DNA from: Vicugna vicugna
Lineage: Eukaryota
Direction: 5' to 3'
Assembly: GCA_013265495.1 (NCBI GenBank)
Contig: MU058059.1
Location: forward strand, 3,883,502-3,947,501
Length of the DNA stretch: 64,000 bases
A program made the position numbers and the translations under genes. The notes under the pieces were generated by a model. The model saw only the letters and a list, made by a program, of their open reading frames with translations. It ran no database searches and was not told the origin of the DNA. Position 1 is the stretch's first letter; every line of letters begins with the position of its first letter. Below, piece by piece: positions 39,209-51,390 of the stretch.

Positions 39209-39660
39209 TGAACCACATGAAGGTCACCCCCATGGACGCGGCCACAGCCTCGCTGCTCAACGTCTTCCACGGGAATGAGTGCGGGGCCGAGGGGTCCTGG
39301 CAGGTGGGCGTCCAGCAGGACGTGACCCACACCAATGGCTGCGTGGCCCTGGGCATCAAGCTACCTCACACAGAGTACGAGATCTTCAAGATGGAGCAGG
39401 ACGTCCGCGGCCGCTACCTGCTGTTTAATGGCCAGAGGCCCAGCGATGGCTCCAGCCCCGACAGGCCCGAGAAGAGAGCCACGTCCTACCAGATGCCCTT
39501 GGTCCAGTGTGCCTCGTCCACGCCCAGGCCCGACGACTTCTCCGAGGACCAGAGGGAGCATCCTCGCTGGAGCCGGGCACCCACGAGGGGCCCTGGTCCC
39601 CTGCTGCTGGCTGGGCTCACCTGCCTTTGGACTCTGCCCGCCTGGAACGGCCTCAGATAG
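39209..39660 (+). CDS. APCDD1: APCDD1 coding exon 5 (terminal), 452 coding nt to TAG
   Basis: Acceptor ctctctcctcggcag|. Encodes (V)[19 protein letters not shown]...[27 protein letters not shown]...[19 protein letters not shown]. Exon sum 58+184+532+322+452=1548 nt, i.e. 515 aa plus stop. Confidence 0.96.
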
Positions 39661-41130
39661 ATGTCCTCACAGTTTTATTTTTCCAGACCGGATTCCTTAC
39701 CATGTACAGGTTTCCTTTGCAAAAAAAAAAAGACACTTCTTTGTCGAGTGCCTGGGAACTGCCGTCCTCCTGCCTCACACCCCGCCACCCCTCCTAGCCA
39801 GGGTTGGGAGCCGCGGGGGGATGTCTCTGCGCGACGCTCCATCCCGGGCGCCCCCCCAGAGGAGGCGCACTTCCTGGCCGCGGAGAGCTGGGCGTGCGCT
39901 GTGTGGGGAGCAGGTGCGAGTGGCTTCCTCTTGTCATCTTCTTCATTACTGTGACATCTCTGGGTGGAGGAGAAACAGACGTCCAGCCACAGCTCTTCCT
40001 GTTGCTTCTCTGCAGTGGCTTCCTGTCGTCTGTTACAACCGTGTTACTCCGGCTTTTACAGCCCAGCACCCAGGGCAGAGTCGGTTTGGGACTGGGACAC
40101 AGACACCTTTCATGAATAGAGAAGAGACAGATGTGGGTGTGGGGAAGACCAGGTGTCTCGGAACCACCTCGACAGCCTTTGTGCCAAGAAACTGCAGACT
40201 TTCAGTCGCCAAGAAGCATCTCATTAAAGTTTCACAGTCATCTGAACCTGGTTGTTTCACGTCATGGGGGTCAGAGACGTCGGTCCAGCACTGGTTTCTG
40301 GGTGGTGGCAGGACACCTGCCCGGGGACGAGGTGGCGGAGTACGTGGCGGATGGGGACAGGAGCAGCGGTGCAGGGACAGTGATGGTGCATGACAGGGAC
40401 GCAAGGACGCAGTGCTCGTCCGTCCCTTCTCCTCTCTGTGGGACACATCCTGGCCCATGTGGGAGCTGGTCAGAGCTGGGTGGATGGAGTGTCACTGCCA
40501 CCTCTGTGACCTCACAGATGAACACTTAGAAACCATGTGTGGAAGCCCTCGGGGCTGGCTGTCCCCAGGAGGTGGTGGGGACACCCTGGCCATGTGCTGC
40601 GTTAGACTGAACACTGTCCTCCGGGGCCAGGCCAGCCTGACAGAGTGCCTTGGGGCACCTCACGCGGCGTCTGTGAGCTTCCTCGTGTGGGAGGTGACGA
40701 GTCACGTCTGCCCACCACGTGGGGCTGTTACAAGTGGTGCTGTCTGATCACGGAGGTGGCTGCTGTTGGAGACCAACGGAGTGACCGGGGGAGAAGCCCA
40801 CAGAAGGCCTGGATGTGACTGAAAGCCGCCAGAGGATCCGTGATGGAGGCCGGACGTCACACCTGTGCTCAAGAACCGCCTTTGTGACGCGCGTGGTCGT
40901 TGTAAGGGTGGCGTGGAGACCCAAAGCGCTTTGTCTTTAGGTGATATTTTAAGTTGTGGTGCGTACTGAGGGGGTTTGTTCAAACGAAAGTACTAACTTA
41001 ACGTCTGCCAGGTTTAACCAGCAAAGATGTCAGAAATACTCCCACCAAACACGTTTTACCTGTGGATCTATTTAATGAATACTAATGCCATCTTGAAAGG
41101 ATATAATAAAATGATGTAAAAAACGATGTT
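39661..41130 (+). other. APCDD1: Probable APCDD1 3' UTR
   Basis: Follows the stop codon and becomes AT-rich towards AATAAA at 41105-41110. The end is inferred; an ATTAAA at 40223-40228 is an alternative. Confidence 0.55.
41105..41110 (+). terminator. Candidate polyadenylation signal AATAAA
   Basis: First canonical hexamer I noticed downstream of the stop, in an AT-rich context about 1.45 kb after TAG. Confidence 0.5.
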
Positions 41131-44100
41131 CACTGCACAAGATATCTCGGTGATTTACCATAAAAGTGACAGCTGTGTAAATTCACAGCCGCTCACGTGG
41201 ACTTAGCTAGTCACGCTTTTTCAAAGTACACTACTTATATATGCATGTACACATACACACATGTATACATGTGCCCAAATACACAGGCGTTAGTGTGCAC
41301 ACGATGTATGATTACGTGGGTGAATGTCTTAGGGGTGACATGAATTTCATGTGATCATATCGCTTTCTGATACACTGCAAATCATTACGGAGAGTGACCA
41401 ATATAATTTATTCACCAATTATTGACAGATTCATCCCTGACACTTATCAGATCTCCCACACACATCATCTTAAAAGGAAGCTGCCCTGGTGACCTGTGAA
41501 GACCATCATTTTAAGTGATTTCCCATCGCCTTAAAGAAATATAGTGAATGACCTATCTCTAGGAGTTGTTGAGATTTGAGAGTTGGAAATTTTGACTCAA
41601 GACCAAGATGCTGTCTCTGTGGAAGGACTGACTGACTCTAGAACGTTCCGTCACAAGCTCCGTAATATGCGGGCCAGTACTGGCAAGCCTGCCGCTCACT
41701 CAGTCAGCGCAGGTGGTCCTTGTGTATTTACTGGGTTTGGGAAGAGCAGTGAGTGAGTGAAGGATGGCTTTCCTAGACTTCACCACCTCTTGGCACCAGA
41801 CTTCTCGTCCTGGACAGGGTCAGAAAGTTGTCCCTTGGGTCACAGCACAGTTTGGGTGTGATCTAGGCATCAAACTCCAAGCTGACCCTGGACTCAGTAA
41901 GGAGATGCGAAGAGTTGCACGTCTACCAAGTACCGAACAAAGGTTGTTCAGATGCATGACGAGTTCAGCCGTCTGTCCTGGAGAAGCAGTGCCCACCACA
42001 CACCCAGCATCTGGAACTTCTGGGTGTCATCTGTCCTAAGTAGTCCGCCACGGGGTTCCAGTGCTGTGGCAGCCCCCCAGGGTGACTCTCGGGGGCCCAA
42101 ACATAAAGGATCCCTATGAGAGAGGCTGGCAGCCCAGGACATCCTCAGAGGGGCCTCGTACACACACCTGATGGAAAGAACTTGAAAGCAAGACTCATGT
42201 GGGTCCTGGCGGGAGGAGAGGCTTGCTGATGGATGACGACAGTCATTCTCTGTTCCCTGACTCTTTCAATACATTCCTGAAAAGAAAGATGCTTGTAGCA
42301 GTCCACACAAACATTGCCGTGTTTTATTTTAAAATGGCCCATCCCACCTGTGTTACGCAGACCAGGTGCCTGGCCGTGGGACACAGAAGCCGACAGGGAG
42401 CGTGCTACTGGGCATTTCGGGACACTGTCCCTGAGGGGACATGCCACACAAACAGCGGTGGGGTTGTTGGAGACTTCTCTGGCCTTTTTGAGACGTCTGA
42501 GCTTTCCTGAGTCCAAACCTCTGTCATAAGGGTTCAGCTGCATCAGGGACAAATCAGCGCAGCATGGATGAGTGTTTCCCTCTGATTGCTGGCTTCATGA
42601 GAAGGAGCACTGGCTTTCTTTTCTTAACCAGTGGGAGGGTCCTGTGTCCTGAAACACTCATGAGTGACTCAGACCCCTAGGATGACCCGACAGTGTTTCT
42701 GGGCCGCTGGGTAGATGATCCCCGATGTACACGGGCCCCTGTTCTGTCACAACGCCATCCCTGGGGTTGGGAGGCAGAAGTGACACTATCACAGGAGAAA
42801 ATATTGGCCAAGTCGTGACCTCCAACTTCTCTGTTGGCTGAGAGATGAGGAAGTGGACACTTAGTGTGGTGACATCCCTCCGGGGGAGACGGAACTGACA
42901 CCTGGTTGCCGGCCCCCGGGCGGCGAGGCTGGGCAAACCCACCTCCTTTTCTCGCGTGCACTGCGCGCTGGAGGGCGGGTCGCAGGTCTGACTGGTGCCT
43001 CGCTTCTGAGAAGAGGGCCGTGTTTTCCGTGGATGCATTTTGGACTCTTGTTTCTGACATCTGTTGTACCATCTCCTCTGCAGCCCCCGCGCCCTAGGTG
43101 ACACCGCCTCTTTCATGTAATGGATCCCGGGTGGCATTCCACTGGAATTCAGGCTCGGAGAGTGGCCCGCTGACCACCTCGCTAGCCCGATACTCGTCCT
43201 GAGCTGGTGCGTCCGTCAGCCTCTAAGGAACCCCACCAGCCTTTTAGTTTCTTACTAGGTCCCTTTGTGTCAAGTTCCTCTGGAAGGGTGGCAGTGCCTT
43301 TTCCAAGGACTTTGCGGCATTCGGGACCCCATCTTCTTTCTGCAGATAATGAGGCAACATAGGTAAGGCAGCTGAGAGGCTGTGACCTTCAAAAACCAAG
43401 GTCACAGTCAGCAAGTGAGGGGCCCTGTGTATTAAGAGAGCTTGTCTACAGAGTGTCTTCCTCTCCCCTAAGGAGACAGTCCGGGTTCTCAGAGACAGGC
43501 CCAGGGAAATACGTCTGATTGTCCTGCGGTCCGTTACTTTGAGTGACAACTTGAGATTCTGTTGCATGTGGAAGTTTTTAGCTTCCAGTGCTTGGGAAGT
43601 GGAGCTATACATAGTACAGCCAGCTTCCGGCATGACTTACAGGAAAGATGGTTAACTGGCCTCACAGCATCCTGATCTCGTAGCTCCTAAGTAAACTGTG
43701 TTGAAAAAGTCCCTGGAAAGAACGCATAGTCTCCAGTGGATCTCAAAGCAGAGGGGATATTAAATCCTTTCAGGAGTGAGCGGCTTGACAGGGTGAACCG
43801 GGGTGGCAGGAACTCTGTGAAGCAGGAGATCGCTCCCCCGCACCAGCGCCCCTGCGCTGTGCCTGGGAACTGAAGGCACCTTAGTGACACAGAGGGCTTG
43901 GCCCTCAACGTCCTTTGCGTGATTCAGGCTTTTGAAATGAATTCTGGTGGTTTCAAGGGTACAGGCTTGTCTGTGTCTTGAGGATGAAGTGCACAGGGGG
44001 TGAAGAGGACATCCCGGAGAAGCGTCCCTGAATGCCGTGCCCCGCTCTCTGCCCTCCTGTACCCGCTTCCCCACACAGTCGGTCCACAGCTCTGCACCCC

Positions 44101-44409
44101 ACCTTGCTCTCTGCCTTCCCACTGGGTTCAGCCAGTGGGGGTGTAGCAGGCAGTCCCGGCCAACACAGGAGGGGAGGGGTCGGGGTTTAACACCCCCGGC
44201 TCTCTACATGCTGGGTCACTGCAGGTTGGCTGCCAGAGCCACGGGCCCATCCGATAGCTGCCCTCGGGGGTGCAGGGACCATGCCCCCCACACCCCTTCC
44301 AGCCGAGGGGTGCGATGGCTCCGCCCACTCCCGGCCCTGAGAAGTGAGTGACCCTCTTGTTTTCAGTGTGAGGAGTCCAATACCAAGGTGTGTGTGATAA
44401 CACAGTGTG

Positions 44410-45207
44410 TTTTCTTCTGTAATAAGAACGTTTAACAAGAGGCCTGCCTTGTAAGCACGTTTTTACCTCTGCAGTACAGTGTAGTTAACCGCAGGCAGAT
44501 CTCCAGAACACGCTCATCCTGCGGAACTGGAACCTTACACCCACTGGGGCGCAGCTCTCCGTGTCCCCTCCCCGCAGCCCCTGGCAGCCGCCGCTCCCTC
44601 CGCGCGTCTGCGAGTGTGGCTCTTTCACACGTCGTGTAAGTGGAATCATACGGTGTTTGTCTTTCTGTGTCTGGCTTATTTCACTTAGTGTGATGTCCTT
44701 CTGGTTCATTCATGTTGTCACATTTTGTAGGATTTCCTTCTTTTTTAAGGCTGAATGGTATCCCATTGTATGTATAGACCATATTTTGTTGATCCAAACG
44801 CTGGACTTTCAGGTTGTTTCTGCGTGTTGACTGTTGTGTAAACATGGAGGTTCACGTATCTCCTCACAAGATCCTGAGGTCAGTTCTCTTGGATAGACAC
44901 CCAGAAGCGGGGTTGCTGGGTCACGTGGTGGATCTGTGTTAACATTTTTGAGGAACCACAGTACTGTTTTCCTTAGTGGCGATACCATTTTGCATTCTCG
45001 CTAGGGTGTCCAGAGCTTCCAGTTTCCCTGTGTCCTCCTCAACAGTTGCTGTCTGTTGCCTTTCTGATAAGGGCCCCCTGGCAGGTGTACGGTCGCAACT
45101 CGTTGTGCTCTTGACTTGCGATTCCCAGATGATTGCAGTATACCTGTTGGCCATTTGCATGTCTTCTTTGGAGAAATGTCTATTCAAGTCCTTTGTCCAT
45201 TTTTAAA
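44410..45207 (-). mobile_element. L1M(A/B)-type 3' segment
   Basis: Minus-strand peptides MNRHFSKEDMQMAN and ITLSEISQTQKDKH. The 3' UTR end points to 44410. Confidence 0.85.
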
Positions 45208-46530
45208 TTAAGACATTTGTTTAAGAGCAGTTTTGGGCTCAAAGCAAAATTGAGAGGAAGGTACAGAGATTACACATACACCCCCTGCCCCCACTCTGGC
45301 CTCCCCAGTTATCAACATCCCCCCAAGCCGAGTGTGACACTTGTGACAATTCATGAACCTGCACTGATTCACCAAAATCACCAAAATCCATTGTTTACAC
45401 TAAAAGTCACACCTATCAGAACAGCTATTATCAAAAAGTCTACAAATAGCAAATGTTGGCAAGGATGTGGAGAAAAGGGAACCCTGGTACACTGTTGGTG
45501 AGAATGTAAATTGGTGCAGCCACTATGGAGAACAGTATGGAGGTTCCTTAAGAAACTAAAAATAGAACTACCATATGATCCAGCAATTCCACTCCTGGGT
45601 ATGTATAGGAAAAAAGATAAAAACACTAATTCAGAAAGATACATGCACCCCAGTGTTCATAGCAACATTATTTACAGTAGCCAACACATGGAAACAACCT
45701 AAGTGTCCATCAACAAATGACTGGATAAAAAAGATGTGATATAAAAGACAATGAAATACTACTTAGCGATTAAAAAATAAACAGAATGAAATTTTGCCAT
45801 TTGCAGCAACATGGATGGACTTGGAGGGCCTTATGCTAAGTGAAGTAAGAAAGAGAAAAACAAATACCATATGATATTACTTATATGAGGAACTTAAAAA
45901 ACATGACAAACTAGCGAATAAAACAAAAAGAAGCAGACTCACAGATGCAGGGAACAAACTAGTGGTTCCCAGGGGGGAGAGGGTGGGCAACCTGGGGCTG
46001 GGGGAGGGGGCGGTACAAACTCCTGGGTGTGAGACAGGCTCAAGGGCATACGTACAACACGGGGGATGTGGCCGATGTTTCGTGATAACCGTTAATGGAA
46101 AGTAACCTTTAAAACTGATATTGAAATAAAAAGATGAAATAAGTGATCCCCGGTGTTACATGTTCTGTGGGTCTGGACAAACACATGATGATGTGTATCC
46201 ATTGTTATGGTGTCATGGAGGGTGTTTTCACTGCGCTGAAATCTTTGGTGCTCCACCCGGTCACCCCTCCCTGCCGCCCGCAGCCCCTGGAGACCACTGA
46301 CCTTTTTAATGTCTATAGTTTTGCAGCTTCCTGAATGTCACTCAGTTGGAACCGTACGGTGTGTAGCCTTTTCAGATTGGCTTCCTTCATGTAGTCATAT
46401 GCATTTTGCTTTCTTCATGGTTTTTTTTTTCATGGTTTGATAGTTCATTGCTTTTTAGTGCTGAATAATATTCCACTGTTTATATTCCACAGTTTATTTA
46501 TCCATTCACTAACCAGAGGCCATCTCTCTT
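45208..46530 (-). mobile_element. L1MC-like 3' end, split by a younger L1
   Basis: agagcagttttgggctcaaagcaaaattgagaggaaggtacagaga (left part) and gttctgtgggtctggacaaac...ttttcactgcgctgaaa (right part) resemble consecutive parts of the recalled L1MC1 3' UTR. Confidence 0.65.
45410..46140 (+). mobile_element. Medium-age L1 3' fragment nested in the L1MC-like element
   Basis: [27 protein letters not shown] and [29 protein letters not shown], followed by a 3' UTR and an A-rich end. Confidence 0.9.
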
Positions 46531-46534
46531 GCTA

Positions 46535-47140
46535 TCTTAAGAACGAAACTAGAGGCATCACACTTCCTGATTTCAAAATAGACTGCAGAGCCATAGTTCT
46601 GTGTGGCAGTGACGCACAGACAGACACGTAGACCAGTGAACAGAAGAGAGCCCAGAAATAAACCCTCCCTTAGTCAACCCGTCTTCCGCAGGGGTGCCGG
46701 GATACATGAATGGCGTTGGAAAAACTGGACATCTACACACAGAAGAGTGAAATTGGGTCCTGACACCACAAAGACAAAAAAAAAAGTCAAAATGGATTAA
46801 AAGCTTCTACATAAGACCTAAAACTATAAAACTCCTAAGAAGAAAACACAGGGGAAAAGTTTCACGACCTTGATCTTGGCAGTGATTTTGTGGACAGGAT
46901 TCCAACGGAAAAGGCAACAAAAGCAAAAATACACACATGGACGACATCAAACCAGAGAGCTTCTGCACAGCAAGGGGGGAAAATCAAGAGTGAAAAACAG
47001 CCTATGGGATGGGAAGAAATGCTGCAAACCCGTATCTGGTAAGGGGTTGACATCCAAAAAAAAAAGAAAAGAAAGAAAAGCAAATTAACTCGGCTTAAAA
47101 AATGGTCAAAGATTTGAATAGACTTTTCTCCAAGAAATAT
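46535..47140 (+). mobile_element. L1M ORF2 internal fragment
   Basis: KNETRGITLPDFK peptide and aagacctaaaactataaaactcc. It ends at aaaatggtcaaagatttgaatagacttttctccaa. Confidence 0.85.
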
Positions 47141-48887
47141 TCTAGTTTATATTTTTGCCATGGAAACAAGTGGATGATGTCATAAATGGATGGCATAAAC
47201 AGGGAAGTGCAGACTTCACAAAAGAGCTGGTCAAAGATGAGAAATAGCTCTGGTTTCCAAACAAACCATTTCAATAGCCAGGAAAACAAAGTCCCTGGTC
47301 CGATGAAATGTGTTCTCTAAGGAACCTTCTTTGAGTGTGTTCCAGCACAAATGTCTGTCTCCCGTATTCACAGCAAACTCGGCCAACCTCTGCATTTCCT
47401 TATTAGCTGGAAGCTGAATGGCAGGAAACACCCGGGGGCACCAATAAACGCTTCAGAATCTTGTGCCAGTCTCGAACGGGGTAGACGGTCCTGTGGAGCT
47501 AGTCTCTTAATACTTTGAAAAATCCCATTGAAACGAGAGATAACGAACTTGAAAGGCAAGTCCTTTTTCACATCAATAAATAAAACATCAAAGTGATTAT
47601 TGAGCCAAAGACCCAAAGAAGTTGTGCGTAATTTTCAGCATAATAAAGCTGAAATGCGAATTCAAATGAGCAGCCTGACTGGGGGAGAAAGCCTCCGACA
47701 ATGCCCTCCGTTTCTGGAGCAGCCCTTCTCCCAGGGCGGGGTGCGGCATTAACATCGCGGTGCTGTTGCCCCGCTGTTCTCTTGTGTCTTAGCATTTTTC
47801 CAGACAACGGAGAGCCGGTAAGCTACCATTCCCATTGCAGTTCCCAAAGAGCACCCGATGCTGGAGAGCACGGTGGTTAGAAAATAATTAAAATAATTAA
47901 TAGCACTCTGCAAAATTCTGCCGCGCCCCCGAACATCTATTCACAAACAAGTTTAAAAACAGTCATTCAGCCTGTTCTCGTGAGGTCAGGGAAGTGGCAG
48001 CGTCCCTCTTCATGCTGACTCCACGGCCTCCCTGCTTTTTACTGGGGGTCGCGCTGCAGCGCAGCGGTGCTCGCAGGTCAGCCAGTCCCAGAGGGCGTGA
48101 CTTACGTACCTCTTTCTAAAGTTCGAATATTTACTTTATTAGTCCCTTGTTTTTACCTGACCACCATTAAGTAAATCGAGTGTTAGACTATGCCCTTCCA
48201 CCGTTTAGGAGTAACAAACATGCTACAAAACATAGAGGACTTTACACTCAGAGAAAATTTGGATTTATCTAGTTCAGCCACATCCCCAGGGCAGCGACCG
48301 CCCCCCGCACCTGCAGAAACTGATGAGGTTGTCCAGGGGCCGCCTGGTCCTTCCCAGAGACGTGGCTGACGTCTCCACAGCATGTGATTCCATCTCTGAA
48401 CACTTGTAATTCTTTAAAAATGCTTTCTAATATTGGTGTAAGTTTTAGACCCTGCCTCCACTCATGACCCTTGTTCTGTCAGAATAAACCAGACTCTCCA
48501 CTTACTAGGTTTCCAAATAACTAGTCTTCCCACTTTTGTTCTTGGGTGGGGTTGGTTTTTTTTCACACTCTCCTAATACAATTTCGGTATCATGCTGCGA
48601 ATTCTTGTTTAGTTAAGCTTCAGTTTGGAAAATGTTTCTCTTGAAATACTGAATAAAATACCATAGCTATAAGCTGACCAATGAACATAATATTAGTACT
48701 CTACTTCCCCTATTCCAGATCGGCTCTGGTGGGATCAGTAAGTTACAGTTTTAAAAATAAGACACTCATTTTTGGCACTGGTGCCCTTAAATATTTTGAA
48801 GCTAAAATTGTCTCTTTTATGTTGCCTGGTGTAGAAGCCGTTGCTATAAGAACTTGAGAAGAATCAGAGTTTTTTATAAAGAAATAA

Positions 48888-48920
48888 TGTGTGTGTGTGT
48901 GTGTGTATGTGTGTGTGTGT
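48888..48920. repeat. (TG)n microsatellite, interrupted once
   Basis: tgtgtgtgtgtgtgtgtgtatgtgtgtgtgtgt read directly. Confidence 0.9.
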
Positions 48921-49344
48921 TGTGTCTGTTCCAGTGAAGCTATTCCAACGCAACAGGGGCCTTACCTCCCTCACGTCTGGCGTCGAAGGCTTGTGTCGTG
49001 TACAACCCGCAAGACAACAGATGCTGCACGAAGACACTTGTTAACCTGTTTACCTTTGACAGATCCGGTGCTTATCAAAGCTCGCAGGAGGTGCGGAATT
49101 GCAATGGAAGGACCGGACCAGTCTGCAGGGCAAGACGGTAGGGCATGTGGGGAGCGCCAGAGACAGGACCTCCAGGTTTCGTTTCCATGAAGAACCACGA
49201 AGCTTCAAGAGTTTGACATCTTTTCAGGGAAAGATAAAATAGGGAACATCGCCTTGGTCTGATAGTAAATGGTTGTATTTAGAGTAGAGTTGTGGTTACA
49301 AACTTATATTTCGCTTAACTGAGTGCTTTATTGTTTATGCTTTT

Positions 49345-49662
49345 TAAAACTACTAGTTTTTATTGAAGTACAGTCAGTTTACAATGTGTCGATTTCTGGT
49401 TCACAGCATAATAGCTCAGTCATACATACACATGCACATATTCATTTTCATTATAAGTTACTACAAGGTACTGAGTCTAGTTCCCTGCACTGTACAGTAG
49501 AAAGTTGCTGTTTATCTATTTCTATACAGCAGTTAGTATCTGCAGATCTCGAGCTCCTAATTTATCCCTTCCCACCCCCTTCCCACCCCCGGTAGCCATG
49601 TTTGTTTTCTGTGGCTGTGAGTCTGTTTCTGTTCTGTAATACGTTCATTTGTCTTTTTTTAG
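49345..49662 (-). mobile_element. L1 3' UTR fragment related to the 9647-10412 family
   Basis: tttttattgaagtacagtcagtttacaatgtgtc...ttcccaccccc; its reverse complement resembles the 3' end of the 9647-10412 copy. Confidence 0.8.
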
Positions 49663-51269
49663 ACTTCTGGGTGGTTGGTCTGGATTCTCGGCTTTGCTCT
49701 TACCCATTAGCTAGTACAGTTAAATTGTCTGAGTTCTTTAACTTGCAGTCAGTGTTTCTTTACTTGCTTATTTTTATCCCACTTTACTCCAAAAATGATT
49801 CAAGGCAGTTTACGGAAATACCTACAGTTCAGCAAGACCAAACAGAGTATAAAAATAGCTGAGTGCATCTGGGCAGGCAGAATCAAAGGCTGCGAGAACA
49901 GGAACAAAATCCAGATGTGCCCTGGGTGTTCTCAGGACGTGCTGGCAAATCTCAGCCCCTCACGAGAGGGGAGCCACGGTCAACGTCGGGCTTTCTAGAA
50001 GCCAAAGAGGTGACATGACTTAAAATTTCACAGGATTTGCACAAAGTACTTGCTCAGGAAGAGGAACAACTATTTCTGAAAGCAGAGAGAGAGAGATTCT
50101 CCTGGGGAAGCTTACCCAATAGAGAAGAACCCACCCACTCAGTCCCAGTCCCCACCTTCATCTCCATTCAGGAACTGGACGCTCGGTGATGTTCACACGA
50201 TGCCTGCCGGAGCGTGTGCCGTTGTGTGCAGCTTTTAGAAGGTGCGTAACAGTGCCCGTGTCGCATAGCCCAGGTCTGCCCCACGTTTAGACTCAACATG
50301 GAGGTTTTCACTTAAATTTAAAGCCCTTGGGTCCATCTGAAATTACCATTTGCTGATCCAGGGGTCTTTAGAAAACCTAATTTCTCACTGGTGTGTACCT
50401 TTGACTTATGTGGCTTTCATGTTCAATTACTGCATGAAACACAGGGGTCTTCCCTCCCTGGCCTTTGTGTGGCTGAATTGGACTTCCATCCTTCAGTTAA
50501 ATCTAACTAAGTAAAGGCACCGAGGAACTTCCCATAAAAGTGAGGCATTGCTGTGCACTAATGAAAGGCAGACTGTCTCCTAGTTACTCAAGTCACAAAC
50601 ACACGGTTGCATCCCCATCAAAGGGGCTGCGCGGCCTGTCCCCAGAGGGTCCCCTTCATTCTGGGGTCCACTGTCAGGTGTGGTGATAAATCCCCAAACC
50701 CAAGTTCAGTCCCTGAATTGCTCTACCTTACAGCAAAACCACTTCCCAGGCAACCTCCGTGTGGAAGGGTCCCCGCATTTTGTGTACGTCCAAGGATATT
50801 CTTGCATGAACTGCTGTGGGGTGGGGGTAGGAGAGGGGTGGCAATCTGAATCCATCCTACAGTCCCCACCACTGGAGGGACTCGGTGTGGCCAGCCTGGT
50901 GGGTCTCCTCTCTTCGTGGAGGTCAGTCCGCGTCCTTCACCCCAGCTGTCTCCCCAGGTGGTCGGCAATGGGGAATCTTTGTGTTGTTTTTTCTCCCCAG
51001 ACCCTTCCCTCCTGGGCGGTCCATCCCTGATCAGTTATATCAGCCCTCGGGGGTCTTCCTGAAGCATCTGCCTGCTGCTCGCAGAGCCCTGGCGTAATGT
51101 CCAAAACACCGAGGGCAGACTTCTCAGTTCACGTGGTCCCAGATCGCTCCGTTGTGCGGCCAGTGACTGACGGGCCTCCCAGAGCTGACCCTCAGGTGCT
51201 GGCTGGCTCTCAGCCTCTCTCCCTTTGCAATTTTTCCTTGTTTACTTGCAGAGATTTTTGGGGGTTTTT

Positions 51270-51390
51270 TTGGGGGTTTTTTGTTTTTTTCTGTTTTGTT
51301 TTGTTTTGTTTTGTTTTGTAAGTCCTCAATCCAGGCCAACTTCTCTGGGAAGTCCCTGCTCTCCCTAAGAGATGTGTGTGTGTGTGTGTG
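51270..51390. repeat. T-rich (TTTTG)n tract followed by a short (TG)n
   Basis: tgttttgttttgttttgttttgttttg at about 51292-51318 and a TG run at about 51373-51390. Confidence 0.85.

Noticed and set aside
39335..40393. 352-aa alternative-frame ORF overlapping exon 5 and the 3' UTR
   Set aside because: No recognisable domain, it crosses an A-homopolymer, and it has no plausible route to translation; likely chance in GC-rich DNA.
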